The notes: generated by a model not told the origin, from the letters alone. DNA of 32,000 bases from Synechococcus elongatus PCC 6301 (GCF_000010065.1 NC_006576.1:2190001-2222000); one strand, 5' to 3'. Shown: positions 1 to 12,300, counted from the first letter of the stretch. Program-made: numbers and translations.

Positions 1-476
1 CTCACTTGAGCGTAGGCACCTTCATTTTTGAAGCTCTCATGCCAGGGCCGCGAGGCAAAGACGCGCAGGGTATGGGTTCCGGGCTGGAGATCCGTCAGTT
101 CAATCGGTTGGCCGACGTCATAAATCGCCTGATAGGGCTCGTTATCGAGAATCAAGTGGAGGTGCGGCCCCATCTGCCACTGCTCATTTAGGAAGAGCGG
201 ATAGTCACGAACTTGAAGCTTGACCTCGACGCGATCACTCTCGATAACTTGGTCAGGCTTAGGGCTAAGAATTTTGACCTGCGGTTGATACTGATCGAGC
301 GATCGACTCAGATCGGCGACTAATGCTGGTGGCGGAACTTCCTTGAGGCGACTGGCTCGCAGCGGCGTGGTGTCGAAGAGTGAAGCGCTGGGATCTGTCC
401 GACAACCGATCAAAGCGATCGCTAAAAAAGAAACTACGACTCCCTTCAAGAATCGCGTCAGACCGAACTGCTTCAC
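1..476 (-). CDS. conserved hypothetical lipoprotein (N-terminal part; the 3' end lies beyond the window edge)
   Basis: The minus-strand frame is open from GTG at 476-474 (GAGAGG about 7 nt upstream) to position 1. It is absent from the ORF track because no stop lies inside the window. Hand translation gives VKQFGLTRFLKGVVVSFLAIALIGCRTDPS...GPHLHLILDNEPYQAIYDVGQPIELTDLQPGTHTLRVFASRPWHESFKNEG. This is a signal peptide plus a lipobox (L-I-G-C). Function not recognised. Confidence 0.55.
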   Translation of the reverse strand, partial: MKQFGLTRFLKGVVVSFLAIALIGCRTDPSASLFDTTPLRASRLKEVPPPALVADLSRSLDQYQPQVKILSPKPDQVIESDRVEVKLQVRDYPLFLNEQWQMGPHLHLILDNEPYQAIYDVGQPIELTDLQPGTHTLRVFASRPWHESFKNEGAYAQV

Positions 477-700
477 GTCGAGCCTCTCACTTGCCCCTTG
501 TCCTGTTGATACACCCTTGGGGGACACTCCTCCAAATCGGGGATCCTGACGGCTAAGCGATCGCCCCCAGCACAGTTGGTCAGCATAGACACAGTCATTC
601 GGCAAACCTTTACATCTCTCAATGATCATTCAGCCTAAAGGCAGTCAATGAATGCTTTGCATTGGTCTTAGGAGCCGAAAACCCTTGTCCTGAAAGCTCT

Positions 701-750
701 TTGAATTATTGTTAATCGCCTTCGGAGGCCCAAAAACCCGCCCCTATAAT
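701..750 (+). promoter_or_regulatory. candidate psaAB promoter: TATAAT at 745-750, poor -35 (TCGGAG 722-727), degenerate HLR1-like direct repeat at 701-718
   Basis: A perfect TATAAT hexamer lies 244 nt upstream of the psaA ATG. TTGAATTA-TT-GTTAATCG (701-718) loosely resembles the RpaB HLR1 repeat (G/T)TTACA(T/A)(T/A), matching only about 9 of 16 positions. No TSS data are available to me. Confidence 0.25.
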
Positions 751-993
751 GCTCCCATCAGTGCTCCTTCCCGTGTGGAATCCTGCGTCGCTGTTTTTGT
801 TTTCAGAGATTGCAGGTCCTTCCTAACCCTGGCGCCCACCGCTCCCTTGCTGAGCCAACTGCGCTATCCGGGTTCATGGTGCTGTTTAGTCTCGGAGTTG
901 CCGAGGGGGTGGCCCCGAGAAATCTGAGGTCGCCACGTGTGGCTCTCAGAGGAAGGAGGAGGCCTCACCCTGTCTGAAGAGAGGAGAGTCTCA

Positions 994-3285
994 ATGACGA
1001 TAAGCCCACCGGAGCGAGAAGCGAAGGTGAAGGCGACGGTTGATAAAAATCCGGTTCCGACTTCTTTTGAGAAGTGGGGTAAGCCGGGTCACTTCGACCG
1101 GACGCTGGCCAAAGGACCCAAAACCACAACTTGGATTTGGAACCTTCACGCTAACGCTCACGATTTCGATAGTCATACCAGTGACCTTGAAGATATTTCA
1201 CGGAAAATCTTCAGCGCTCACTTTGGTCACCTTGCGGTGATCTTTATCTGGTTGAGCGGCGCTTACTTCCATGGCGCTCGCTTCTCCAATTTCAGCGGCT
1301 GGCTGGCCGATCCAACCCACGTCAAGCCCAGTGCCCAAGTCGTTTGGCCGATCTTCGGACAGGAGATCCTCAACGGCGATGTTGGCGGTGGCTTCCATGG
1401 CATTCAGATCACCTCCGGTCTGTTCCAGCTCTGGCGGGCCTCCGGCTACACCAACGAGTTTCAGCTCTACGTCACGGCGATCGGTGCGCTCGTGATGGCG
1501 GGTCTCATGCTGTTTGCTGGCTGGTTCCACTACCACAAAGCAGCTCCCAAGCTGGAATGGTTCCAAAACGTCGAATCGATGTTGAACCACCACTTGGCTG
1601 GCTTACTCGGTCTGGGCAGCTTGTCCTGGGCGGGTCACCAGATTCACGTGTCGCTGCCGGTCAACAAACTGCTGGATGCGATCGACGCTGGCGAACCGTT
1701 GGTTCTCAACGGCAAAACCATCGCTTCTGCGGCTGATATTCCGCTGCCGCATGAGTTCTTGGATGTCAGCCTGATCTCGCAGCTGTTCCCGGGCTTTGAA
1801 GCCGGTGTGAAAGCCTTCTTCACGCTCAACTGGTCAGCCTATGCCGACTTCCTGACCTTCAAAGGTGGCCTGAACCCCGTCACCGGTGGCCTCTGGCTGA
1901 CCGATACGGCTCACCACCACTTGGCGATCGCCGTCCTCTTCATTGTTGCGGGTCACATGTACCGCACGAACTGGGGTATCGGCCACAGCCTCAAAGAAAT
2001 CTTGGAAGCTCACAAAGGTCCTTTCACTGGCCAAGGCCACAAAGGTCTCTATGAGATTCTGACCACTTCTTGGCATGCCCAACTGTCGATCAACCTAGCC
2101 ATCCTGGGTTCGATCAGCATCATCGTGGCTCACCACATGTACGCGATGCCTCCGTATCCGTACTTGGCGACCGACTACCCGACGATGCTGTCACTGTTTA
2201 CTCACCACATCTGGATTGGTGGGTTCCTGATCGTCGGTGCTGGTGCTCACGCTGCCATTTTCATGGTGCGGGACTACGATCCGGCCAAGAATGTCGACAA
2301 CCTCCTCGATCGCGTTCTGCGTCACCGCGATGCGATCATCAGCCACCTGAACTGGGTGTGCATCTGGCTAGGCTTCCACAGCTTCGGCCTCTACATCCAC
2401 AACGACACGATGCGTGCGTTGGGCCGTCCCCAAGACATGTTCTCGGATTCGGCGATTCAACTGCAGCCCATCTTTGCGCAGTGGATCCAAAACATTCATG
2501 CCCTTGCACCGGGTAACACTGCTCCTAACGCCCTGGCTTCGGTCAGCCAAGTGTTTGGTGGCGATGTGGTTGCAGTCGGCGGCAAAGTCGCTGCTGCCCC
2601 GATTGTGCTGGGTACTGCGGACTTCATGGTCCACCACATCCACGCCTTCACGATTCACGTCACGGCGCTGATTCTCCTCAAGGGCGTTCTCTACGCTCGG
2701 AGTTCGCGTCTGGTTCCTGACAAAGCCAACCTTGGCTTCCGGTTCCCCTGCGACGGCCCTGGCCGTGGCGGCACCTGCCAAGTCTCTGGTTGGGACCACG
2801 TGTTCCTAGGCTTGTTCTGGATGTACAACTCCCTGTCGATTGTAATTTTCCACTACAGCTGGAAAATGCAGTCCGATGTTTGGGGTTCCGTGCTGCCTGA
2901 TGGTTCGGTAGCGCACATCGCGAATGGCAACTTTGCTCAAAGTGCCCTCACGATCAATGGCTGGTTGCGTGACTTCCTGTGGGCGCAAGCGTCTCAGGTG
3001 ATCACCTCCTACGGCAGCTCGACCTCTGCCTATGGCCTGCTGTTCTTGGGTGCTCACTTTGTCTGGGCCTTCAGCTTGATGTTCCTGTTCAGTGGCCGTG
3101 GCTACTGGCAAGAGCTGATCGAGTCCATCGTCTGGGCTCACAACAAGCTCAAAGTGGCTCCTGCCATCCAACCGCGTGCGCTCAGCATCATCCAAGGCCG
3201 GGCAGTGGGCGTTGCTCACTACCTACTGGGTGGAATTGTGACCACATGGTCTTTCTTCCTGGCCCGCATCATTGCAGTTGGTTAG
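994..3285 (+). CDS. psaA: photosystem I P700 chlorophyll a apoprotein A1
   Basis: The ORF 937..3285 contains an unmistakable PsaA sequence ([34 protein letters not shown]..., [12 protein letters not shown] Fx cysteine loop). I place the start at ATG 994, which has GAGGAGAG just upstream and gives the canonical MTISPPE N-terminus. Confidence 0.97.
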
Positions 3286-3304
3286 GAGCGAGCATCTAGG
3301 ACTT

Positions 3305-5509
3305 ATGGCAACCAAGTTTCCTAAATTCAGCCAAGACCTCGCTCAGGATCCGACAACACGTCGGATTTGGTACGGGATTGCTACCGCCCATGACTTTGAA
3401 AGTCATGACGGCATGACCGAGGAAAATCTTTACCAAAAGATTTTCGCCTCGCACTTTGGACACCTCGCAATCATCTTCTTGTGGGTGTCTGGCAACCTGT
3501 TCCACGTCGCCTGGCAAGGTAACTTCGAGCAGTGGAGCCAAGATCCGCTCCATGTTCGCCCAATCGCCCACGCGATTTGGGATCCCCACTTTGGTCAAGG
3601 GGCGATCGACGCCTTTACCCAAGCGGGTGCTTCTTCTCCGGTGAACGTCGCCTACTCGGGCGTCTACCACTGGTGGTACACCATTGGCATGCGCACCAAT
3701 GGTGACCTCTACCAAGGCTCAATCTTCCTTTTGATCCTGTCTGCGCTCTTCCTGTTTGCTGGTTGGCTGCACTTGCAGCCCAAGTTCCGCCCCAGCCTCA
3801 GCTGGTTCAAGAACGCCGAATCGCGCCTCAACCACCACTTGGCAGGTCTGTTCGGCTTCAGCTCGCTGGCTTGGACGGGTCACTTGGTGCACGTCGCCAT
3901 CCCTGAAGCGCGTGGCCAACATGTGGGCTGGGATAACTTCCTGTCCACCCTGCCTCACCCGGCTGGTTTGGCTCCGTTCTTCACCGGTAACTGGAGCGTT
4001 TACGCCGAGAATCCGGACACCGCTAGCCATGCCTTTGGTACGGCTGAAGGTGCGGGTACCGCAATCCTGACCTTCCTGGGTGGCTTCCATCCGCAAACGG
4101 AAGCGCTCTGGCTAACGGACATTGCCCACCACCACCTGGCGATCGCAGTGATCTTCATCATTGCGGGCCACATGTACCGGACTAACTTTGGTATCGGCCA
4201 CAGCATCAAAGAGATCTTGGAAGCCCACAAACCCCCGGCTGGTGGTTTGGGTGCAGGCCACAAAGGTCTCTACGAAACGCTGAACAACTCGCTGCACTTC
4301 CAACTGGCGCTTGCGCTGGCTTCGCTGGGTGTGGTCACCTCACTGGTGGCTCAACACATGTACTCCATGCCCCCGTATGCCTTCATCGCGAAGGACTATA
4401 CGACCATGGCTGCGCTGTACACCCACCACCAGTACATCGCGACCTTCATCATGTGCGGTGCGTTTGCCCACGGTGCGATCTTCTTGATCCGCGACTATGA
4501 CCCTGAGGCAAACAAAAACAACGTCTTGGCTCGCGTTCTGGAGCACAAAGAAGCGATCATCAGCCACCTGAGCTGGGTCTCGCTCTTCCTGGGCTTCCAC
4601 ACTCTTGGCCTCTACGTTCACAACGACGTGGTCGTTGCTTTCGGAACTCCCGAAAAACAAATCCTGATCGAGCCGGTCTTCGCGCAGTTTGTGCAAGCGG
4701 CTTCGGGTAAAGCGCTCTACGGCTTCAACGTGCTGCTGGCGAATGCCGACAGTGCTGCGACGGCTGCAAGCCTGGGCACCTACCTGCCCAACTGGCTGGA
4801 TGCTATTAACTCCGGCAAAACCGCTCTCTTCCTGCCGATCGGCCCTGGCGATTTCCTGGTTCACCATGCGATCGCTCTCGGCCTGCACACCACCACCTTG
4901 ATTCTGGTCAAAGGTGCTTTGGATGCCCGTGGCTCCAAACTGATGCCGGACAAGAAAGACTTCGGTTACAGCTTCCCTTGCGACGGTCCTGGCCGTGGCG
5001 GCACCTGCGACATCTCGGCGTGGGACGCTTTCTACCTGGCTGTCTTCTGGGCGCTGAACACCGTTGGCTGGGTGACCTTCTACTGGCACTGGAAAAACCT
5101 GACCGTTTGGCAGGGCAATGTGGCTCAGTTCAATGAGTCCAGCACCTACCTGATGGGCTGGTTGCGCGACTACCTCTGGTTGAACAGCTCGCAGCTGATC
5201 AACGGCTACAACCCCTTCGGCACGAACAACCTGTCTGTCTGGTCTTGGATGTTCCTCTTCGGCCACCTGATCTGGGCAACTGGTTTCATGTTCCTGATCT
5301 CTTGGCGGGGTTACTGGCAAGAGCTGATCGAAACCATCGTCTGGGCGCACCAACGCACCCCGCTGGCCAACATCGTTGGCTGGAAAGACAAGCCGGTGGC
5401 TCTGTCGATTGTTCAAGCCCGTGTGGTTGGCTTGGCTCACTTCACGGTGGGTTACTTCCTAACCTATGCGGCCTTCTTGATTGCTTCCACAGCCGGCAAG
5501 TTCGGTTGA
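3305..5509 (+). CDS. psaB: photosystem I P700 chlorophyll a apoprotein A2
   Basis: The ORF 3272..5509 carries the canonical PsaB N-terminus [24 protein letters not shown] from ATG 3305 and the [12 protein letters not shown] motif. It starts 19 nt after the psaA stop, the usual psaAB operon layout. Confidence 0.97.
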
Positions 5510-5536
5510 TAGCGCTCAGCTAGGCCAATAACAAAG

Positions 5537-5570
5537 CAAAGCCCCTGACTTCGGTTGGGGGCTTTGTCGT
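5537..5570 (+). terminator. probable psaAB rho-independent terminator
   Basis: CAAAGCCCC (5537-5545) pairs with GGGGCTTTG (5558-5566) as a 9-bp GC-rich stem, 28 nt after the psaB stop. It is followed by a short, weak T-containing tail (TCGTT). Confidence 0.55.
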
Positions 5571-5604
5571 TGAAAGAAGTTGAGGCAGATGTTCAACATG
5601 AGAT

Positions 5605-5622
5605 AAGGGGCATCAGCCCCTT
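5605..5622 (-). terminator. hairpin downstream of gcvP (possible terminator)
   Basis: AAGGGGC-ATCA-GCCCCTT is a 7-bp stem located 37 nt past the gcvP stop on the minus strand. There is no clear U-tract on the minus strand, so support is weak. Confidence 0.3.
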
Positions 5623-5658
5623 GCCCTCAGAAATTTTTAGCTTGATTCACTGACCTCA

Positions 5659-8526
5659 TCAGCGATCGCTGTAGGCGCTCATGGGTAGACAGGAGCAGAC
5701 GAGATTGCGATCGCCGTAGGCGTTATCGATGCGGCTGACCACTGGCCAGAATTTGTGTTCTCGCGTCCAAGGGGCAGGATAAGCGGCCTGCTCGCGGCTG
5801 TAGGCGCGATTCCAGTCAGACTGGAGCAGCACATCTGCCGGGTGGGGCGCATGCTTGAGGGGATTGTCGAGGGGATCCAAGTCACCGCTGGCGATCGCGT
5901 CCACCTCGTGATAAATGCCGATCATCGCTTCACAGAAGCGATCGAGTTCTGCCAGCGATTCACTCTCGGTTGGCTCGACCATCAACGTGCCGAGCACGGG
6001 CCAAGACATGGTTGGCGCATGAAAGCCGTAGTCCATCAGCCGTTTGGCGACATCCTCGACTTCAATCCCGGCTGTGCGTTTGAGCGGTCGTAGGTCAAGG
6101 ATACATTCGTGGGCAACAAAGCCGCGATCGCCCCGATAGAGGATTGGATAGTAGGGCGCTAGTCGTGTGGCAATGTAGTTGGCGTTGAGAATTGCGATTG
6201 CGCTGGCTTGCGTCAACCCAGCTGCACCCATCATGCGGATATACATCCAAGAAATGGGCAGGATGCTGGCACTCCCCCAAGGGGCGGCTGCGATCGGGCC
6301 AAGGGCTTGCGGATCGGCATTCGCTTCTGGGACGAGCGGATGACTCGGCAGGAAGGGCGCAAGGTGCGCGGCAACACCGATCGGGCCAACGCCGGGGCCA
6401 CCACCGCCGTGGGGAATGCAAAAGGTCTTGTGGAGGTTGAGATGACAGACATCCGCCCCAAATTGGGCGGGCTGACAGAGGCCGACTTGGGCGTTGAGAT
6501 TGGCACCATCTAAATAAACTTGGCCGCCCTGCTGATGAACGATCGCACAGATCTCCGCGATCGCTTCCTCAAAGACGCCGTGAGTAGAGGGATAGGTGAC
6601 CATCAGTGCTGCGAGCTGATCCGCATACTGGGCAGCTTTTTGCTGCAGGTCACTGACATCAATGTTGCCGCGATCGTCACAGGCGATCGGCACGACTTTC
6701 ATGCCAGCCATCACCGCGCTGGCGGGATTAGTCCCGTGAGCCGACTGCGGAATCAGGCAAATCTGGCGGTGATCTTCGCCGCGACTCTGGTGGTAGCGCT
6801 GGATGACGAGTAGACCCGCATATTCCCCTTGAGAGCCAGCATTGGGTTGTAGGGAGACCGCTGCGAAGCCCGTAATTTCGGCTAGCCAAGACTCAAGCTG
6901 CTGGAACAGCTGTTGATAACCCTGGGTTTGACTCAGCGGTGCAAAGGGGTGAATCTGATTAAACTCCGGCCAACTGATCGGTAGCATCTCCGCCGTGGCG
7001 TTGAGCTTCATCGTGCAGGAGCCGAGCGGAATCATCGCTGTAGTCAGCGATAGATCACGACTCTGGAGGCGATGGATATAGCGCAGCAACTCGGTTTCCG
7101 AGTGGTACTGCTGAAAGACGGGATGGGTCAGGAAGGGCGTTTGGCGGGCGAAGGCTGGATCCACTTCGTCAGTCACAGCCGCTTGTAGATCCTCCCAAGC
7201 TGGCAACGATCGCCCTTGAGCAAAAACAGTGAGCAGGTCGAGGAGATCGCTGTCAGTCGTCGTTTCATCGAGGCTGATACCAAGCTGGCGATCGCTCAGA
7301 CAACGCAGATTAAAACCCGCTGCTTCAGTTCGCGACTGCCAAACTTTCGGGTCTTCGACCTCAACGATCAGCGTGTCAAAGCCCGGCTGCTGAGGAATCT
7401 TGAATCCGAGAGACTGCAACTCCTCCGCCAAGATCTGAGTCTGGCGACGCACTTGCCTCGCGATCGCGGTCAGTCCTTCTGCCCCGTGGTAGACCGCGTA
7501 GAAGCCAGCCACCACAGCCAGCAAGACCTGCGCCGTGCAGATATTGCTCGTGGCCTTGTCGCGACGAATATGTTGCTCCCGCGTCTGCAACGCCAAGCGC
7601 AGTGCTGGTTGACCTTGGGCATCCTTAGAGACACCGACAATCCGCCCCGGAATCTGCCGTTTGTAGGCTTCCTTGGTGGCAAAGAATGCCGCATGAGGAC
7701 CGCCGTAACCGAGGGGCACGCCGAACCGCTGACTATTCCCAACCGCGATATCCGCGCCAAATTCCCCTGGAGGGGTCAGCAGGGTTAGTGCTAGCAAGTC
7801 GCAGGCAACGGTTGCGATCGCGCCCTGAGCATGGGCTTGCTCAATCACCGAGCGGTAATCTGCGATCGTGCCGTCGGTGGCGGGATATTGCAGCAGCAGT
7901 CCAAAAATCGGCGTCTGGAAGTCAAACTGCAGCAGATCTGCGACGAGCACTTCAATCCCCAGTGCAGCAGCCCGAGTCTGTACCACCGCGATCGTTTGCG
8001 GATGGCAGTTGTGGGCAACGAAGTAGGTCTGAGACTTTGACTTCGCGACTGCCAAACTGAGGGTCATCGCTTCGGCTGCCGCTGTTGCCTCATCCAACAG
8101 GGAGGCGTTGGCGATCTCCAGCCCCGTCAGATCGCTGACCATGGTCTGGAAGTTGAGCAGTGCTTCCAAGCGTCCTTGGGCAATCTCGGCTTGGTAGGGC
8201 GTGTAGGCGGTGTACCAGCCCGGATTTTCGAGAATATTACGCTGAATTACAGGCGGCGTCAGGCAGTTGGCATAGCCTTGGCCAAGATAGGAGCGCAGGA
8301 TCTGATTTTGATGGGCGATCGCTCGCAATTCCGCCAGCGCTTCGGCCTCACTGCAGGGCTCAGGCAAATTCAGCGATCGTGGCAAACGAATATCTGCAGG
8401 GACTACCGCCGCCAGCAAGTCTTCTAGGCTCTCGCAACCTAACTTCTGCAACATCTGCTCGACATCGGCCGGCCGTGGCCCGAGATGCCGCTGAGCAAAG
8501 TTGTGGGGCGAAGCAGACATGGGCAA
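5659..8526 (-). CDS. gcvP: glycine dehydrogenase (decarboxylating), glycine cleavage system P protein
   Basis: A 955-aa ORF of single-chain GcvP length. It carries typical GcvP sequence (FAQRHLGP..., [51 protein letters not shown] with the PLP lysine region). Confidence 0.95.
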   Translation of the reverse strand: MPMSASPHNFAQRHLGPRPADVEQMLQKLGCESLEDLLAAVVPADIRLPRSLNLPEPCSEAEALAELRAIAHQNQILRSYLGQGYANCLTPPVIQRNILENPGWYTAYTPYQAEIAQGRLEALLNFQTMVSDLTGLEIANASLLDEATAAAEAMTLSLAVAKSKSQTYFVAHNCHPQTIAVVQTRAAALGIEVLVADLLQFDFQTPIFGLLLQYPATDGTIADYRSVIEQAHAQGAIATVACDLLALTLLTPPGEFGADIAVGNSQRFGVPLGYGGPHAAFFATKEAYKRQIPGRIVGVSKDAQGQPALRLALQTREQHIRRDKATSNICTAQVLLAVVAGFYAVYHGAEGLTAIARQVRRQTQILAEELQSLGFKIPQQPGFDTLIVEVEDPKVWQSRTEAAGFNLRCLSDRQLGISLDETTTDSDLLDLLTVFAQGRSLPAWEDLQAAVTDEVDPAFARQTPFLTHPVFQQYHSETELLRYIHRLQSRDLSLTTAMIPLGSCTMKLNATAEMLPISWPEFNQIHPFAPLSQTQGYQQLFQQLESWLAEITGFAAVSLQPNAGSQGEYAGLLVIQRYHQSRGEDHRQICLIPQSAHGTNPASAVMAGMKVVPIACDDRGNIDVSDLQQKAAQYADQLAALMVTYPSTHGVFEEAIAEICAIVHQQGGQVYLDGANLNAQVGLCQPAQFGADVCHLNLHKTFCIPHGGGGPGVGPIGVAAHLAPFLPSHPLVPEANADPQALGPIAAAPWGSASILPISWMYIRMMGAAGLTQASAIAILNANYIATRLAPYYPILYRGDRGFVAHECILDLRPLKRTAGIEVEDVAKRLMDYGFHAPTMSWPVLGTLMVEPTESESLAELDRFCEAMIGIYHEVDAIASGDLDPLDNPLKHAPHPADVLLQSDWNRAYSREQAAYPAPWTREHKFWPVVSRIDNAYGDRNLVCSCLPMSAYSDR

Positions 8527-8578
8527 GTCCCCGCAGTGTTGGGCTTATTGTGCAAGATTGCGCGGCGATCGGCAGGGC

Positions 8579-8968
8579 CTACTGACCCTCAACCAGAGCT
8601 TGATACTGGGCTGCATCGTAGGAGTCTGACAAATCCGGCTTGCCCGTCAACTGCACCTTGAGCAACCACCCCTGTTCGTAGGGATCGCTGTTGAGAATTT
8701 CTGGGGCTTCTAGTGCGGCTTCGTTGCGCTCGATGATCTCGCCGGTCACCGGCGCGTAGACTTCCTCTACTGCTTTGACCGACTCGACGGTGCCAAAACT
8801 GGCTCCGATCGCGATCGTGCTGCCAACCTCAGGAAGCTCGAGAAAAACGATGTCGCCCAACTGGTCGATGGCGTAGGCGCTGATGCCAATGACGGCAATA
8901 TCACCATCAAGGCGGACGTACTCGTGACTGTCGAAGTAGCGAAGGTTGTCAGGGTAGATCAGCGCCAT
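8579..8968 (-). CDS. gcvH: glycine cleavage system H protein (lipoyl carrier)
   Basis: A 129-aa ORF with the GcvH fold signature and lipoyl-lysine motif ([21 protein letters not shown]). It lies 52 nt upstream of gcvP on the same strand. Confidence 0.95.
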   Translation of the reverse strand: MALIYPDNLRYFDSHEYVRLDGDIAVIGISAYAIDQLGDIVFLELPEVGSTIAIGASFGTVESVKAVEEVYAPVTGEIIERNEAALEAPEILNSDPYEQGWLLKVQLTGKPDLSDSYDAAQYQALVEGQ

Positions 8969-9308
8969 CGCAACAAAGTAGAGAGGACGCTTTCAGTTTG
9001 CCCGCTGCCCGTCCGGAACAACAGGGGGGCCAGCCGAGAATCTGTAATCCCCGTTGCAGCAGCGGTGAGGCAATGGAGTTCTCGCAATGGTTGTTTCGAG
9101 ATCAGCGCCCTTCAACCGACTGTCAGCTGGTGCGATCGCGGCTTTTGGTTGCCTTGACAGCTCAGTGATTATGGTGCGGTCGCGATCGGCACAACCGCTG
9201 CAATCCAGTCCAGCCCCCCTGGGCTGTGGAGTCTGCAATCTTGGTTTCTGCCATCCCGAGAATTGAAACCGGTACACTAACCTCTGACCTCGTGGCAGAG
9301 CAGCCGTT

Positions 9309-12300
9309 TTGGTCTACATCAAACAGATCGAGCTGAGCCATTTCAAGTCCTTCGGGGGCACTACCTCGCTGCCGCTGCTGCCGGAATTTACGGTGGTGAC
9401 GGGGCCAAATGGTTCTGGGAAATCCAACATCCTTGATGCGCTGCTGTTTGCCCTAGGACTCTCGAGTTCCAAGGGAATGCGGGCCGATCGCCTGCCGGAT
9501 TTGGTCAATTCCACCTACGCCAGTCGCAGCCGCAGCACGGTCGAAACGCTGGTCACGGTCACCTTTGCCCTCGATGACTGGCAGCCCGAAGCCGAAGAGA
9601 CAGAGGAGGGCGAGGGCACCGGCCTACAACCGGGGATGGCGGAGTGGACGGTCAGCCGCAAGCTGCGAGTGACGCCTTCTGGCACCTACACCAGCACCTA
9701 TGCCATGAATGGCGAGGCCTGCACGCTGCAGCAACTGCATGAGCAACTAAGTCGGCTGCGGATTTATCCCGAGGGCTACAACGTGGTCCTGCAGGGGGAT
9801 GTGACCAACATCATTTCGATGAGTCCCCGCGATCGCCGCCAAATTATTGATGAGCTGGCGGGGGTCGCCCAATTCGATCGCAAGATTGAGCAAGCTAAGG
9901 GCAAGCTAGAGGCGGTCAAGGAGCGGGAAGATCGCTGCCGCATTGTCGAACAGGAGTTGATCGAACAGCGCGATCGCTTGGCTAAGGATCGAGAAAAAGC
10001 CCAGAAATATCAAGCGCTGCGTCAAGAGCAGGCGACCAAGCAAAGTTGGGAGGCGGTCTTGCGCTGGCGGGCTGGGCAGCGGCAAGTTCAAGCGCTGCAG
10101 CGATCGCTGGCCCAACTGGCGACGGATGCGGCGACCGATCAACAGACGCAGCAGACGCTCGAGCAACAAATTCAGCAAACTGAGGCCACCCTCGACCGCC
10201 TCAATCAGCGGGTCAAGGCGCTGGGAGAGGAAGAACTGCTGAAACTGCAAGCGGCGCTGGCTCAGCAAGAGGCTGAACAGCGGCAGAGTCAGCGGCAGCA
10301 ACAGGAACTAGTCGAGTCACAAACCCAGACGCAGCAGCAGATTCAGGCGTTGCTGCAAACTCAAGCTCAGTTGCAGACGGAAGGGCAACAGCAGGCGGAG
10401 CAGGCCCGAACCTTACAGACAACGATCGCCCAGACTTTACAGCCGCAATATCAGCAAGCACTAGAACAAGTCGAAGCGGCCCGGCAGTCGGCCCATGCCC
10501 TCGCCGCCCAATCCCAAGATTGGGTGACGCGCCAAACGAGTCTGCGACAACAGGCTGATGCGATCGCGGCTCAAGTGGAACCGCAGCGAGCAGAACAAGC
10601 CCAACTACAAGAGCGCCAAACGCAGCTCCAGCAGCAATTGGAGGCAACCCAATCGGCCTTAGTAACGGTGACAGCCGAGCTGGAGACGGAGACAGAACAG
10701 GCGGAAGGCGATCGCGCCGCTCTCAGCCAAGCGGAAGCGGCGGTGGTCACGGCAGCAGATCAGCTTGTGCGGCTGGAAGAAGAACTGCAGATCCAGCAGG
10801 AAACCCGCGATCGCCTGCTCAAAGAACAACGAGACAAGCAGCGCCAGCTCGATCGCCAAGAGAGTTTGCGTCAAGCGATGCAGGAAACCCAGGGGACAGC
10901 GGCGGCGCGGCTGATTCTCGATACTGGCCTGCCCGGAGTGCATGGTCTAGTGGCGCAACTGGGACGGGTGGAACCCCGCTATCAACTGGCGCTAGAAGTG
11001 GCCGCCGGTGGACGGCTGGGCTATCTGGTTGTCGATGATGATGGCGTCGCCTCGGCGGGAATTGAGCTGCTCAAACAGAAGAAAGCGGGGCGAATCACGT
11101 TCCTACCCCTCAACCGGATTCGTGCGGGCAAACAGCCAGAAATTCCGCGTTGGCAGCAGCCGGAAGGGTTGGTCGATCTTGCGATCGCCCTAGTCGACTG
11201 CGACGATCGCTACCGCGAAGTCTTCAAATTTGTCCTTGGCGGCACTGTCGTCTTTGAACGGCTTGATCAAGCCCGTCGCTACATGGGGCAGTACCGCATC
11301 GTTACCCTCGATGGTGAGCTGCTGGAAACCAGTGGGGCGATGACCGGCGGTAGCATCGCTCGGCGATCAGGCGGCCTCAGCTTCGGTAGTCCCGACAGTG
11401 GCGAATCGGCGGAAGTGCGAGCAATTCGCGATCGCCTCGAACAACTCGAAGTCATCCTCGATCGCAGTGAGTTGCAAATCCTCAATCTGCAAGCGGCGAT
11501 TAAAGATGCAGCCAGTACGCTCAGCGATCGCCGCCAACAACAGCGCGAGCAGCAACTGACGGTTCAACAACGTCAGCAAACCCTGCAGCGCCTGCAGCAA
11601 CAACAGCAACAGCTCAACGCTGAACTGCAGCAACGCCAACAGCAAGCCAGTCAAGCGCAAGCACGGCTGGCAGCCTTGGCTTTGGAATTGCCCGCCGCAC
11701 TGAAACAGCTGAAAACACTCCGCCAAGCCCTTGCGGAACTAGAAGATTCTCCGATTCATGGTGAGTGGCAGCAGCGGCAAACGCTTCTACAACAGCAAGA
11801 AGCCCTGCTCCAGCAACAGGAAACTGCCCTGCGGCAAGCCGAGCAACAGCTGCAGCAATTGCAGACTGATCAAAAACGCCTGCAGGAACGCGCGATCGCA
11901 GCTCGAACCCAAGTCAGCCAGCTCCGGCAACAGCAGGGGGAACAGCTCAATCGTCTGGCTCAGCTCGATGAACAGCAACGCCAACAGGCGACGGCGATCG
12001 CCCAACTGCAGCAACGCCAAGCCCAACTAGAAGCCCAACTCGGGCAAGAGAAAGTCGATCGCGATCGCACTGAACGCCAACTGCAAGAACAGCGATCGCA
12101 GCGACAAAACCTCGTCTGGCAGCAAGAAAAACGCCAGCAACAACAACAGGAACTCCAACAGCAGCTGACCGATCTCGAAGTCCAACTTCAGGCGGAGCAG
12201 CAGGAATTGCCGCAACCCCTGCCCGATATTCCCGAAATGGTGCAGCAACAGGGCATCGAAGCACTGCAGCATGAATTGCGATCGCTGGCGAAGCGGATTC

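Noticed and set aside
343-549. 68-aa plus-strand ORF and the 61-aa ORF at 6..191
   Set aside because: Both are antisense to the lipoprotein gene, whose signal peptide and lipobox give a much better coding explanation.
937-993. Upstream extension of psaA (track ORF starts at 937) and the 72-aa ORF 709..927
   Set aside because: The canonical PsaA N-terminus MTISPPE begins at ATG 994 with a strong GAGGAG site. The extension ([19 protein letters not shown]) comes from an alternative start codon inside the leader. ORF 709..927 lies in the promoter/leader and has no coding signal.
1198-5440. Antisense and off-frame ORFs inside psaA/psaB, including the 366-aa minus-strand ORF 4340..5440
   Set aside because: They are mirror frames of very strongly supported genes. 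Their R/V/Q/P-rich composition is typical of antisense frames in GC-rich DNA, and they carry no motifs.
5679-8585. Off-frame and antisense ORFs within gcvP (for example 7216..7788, 190 aa; 8160..8585, 141 aa)
   Set aside because: They are embedded in the unambiguous 955-aa gcvP reading frame. They are low complexity and arginine-rich, with no family resemblance.
8993-9277. 94-aa minus-strand ORF in the gcvH/smc spacer
   Set aside because: Its composition is R/P/C/G-rich (MYRFQFSGWQKPRLQTPQPRGAGLDCSGCADRDR...). It has no ribosome-binding site and looks like a GC-driven open frame. There is no family resemblance.
8969-9308. Glycine riboswitch upstream of gcvH
   Set aside because: On the gcvH (minus) strand I could not find the conserved aptamer cores (GGAGAG, CCGAAGGGGCAA, CUCAGGCAAAAGGAC). 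Only vague resemblances such as GGGCAAACTGAAAGCG occur. The region is kept only as a generic structured-RNA candidate.
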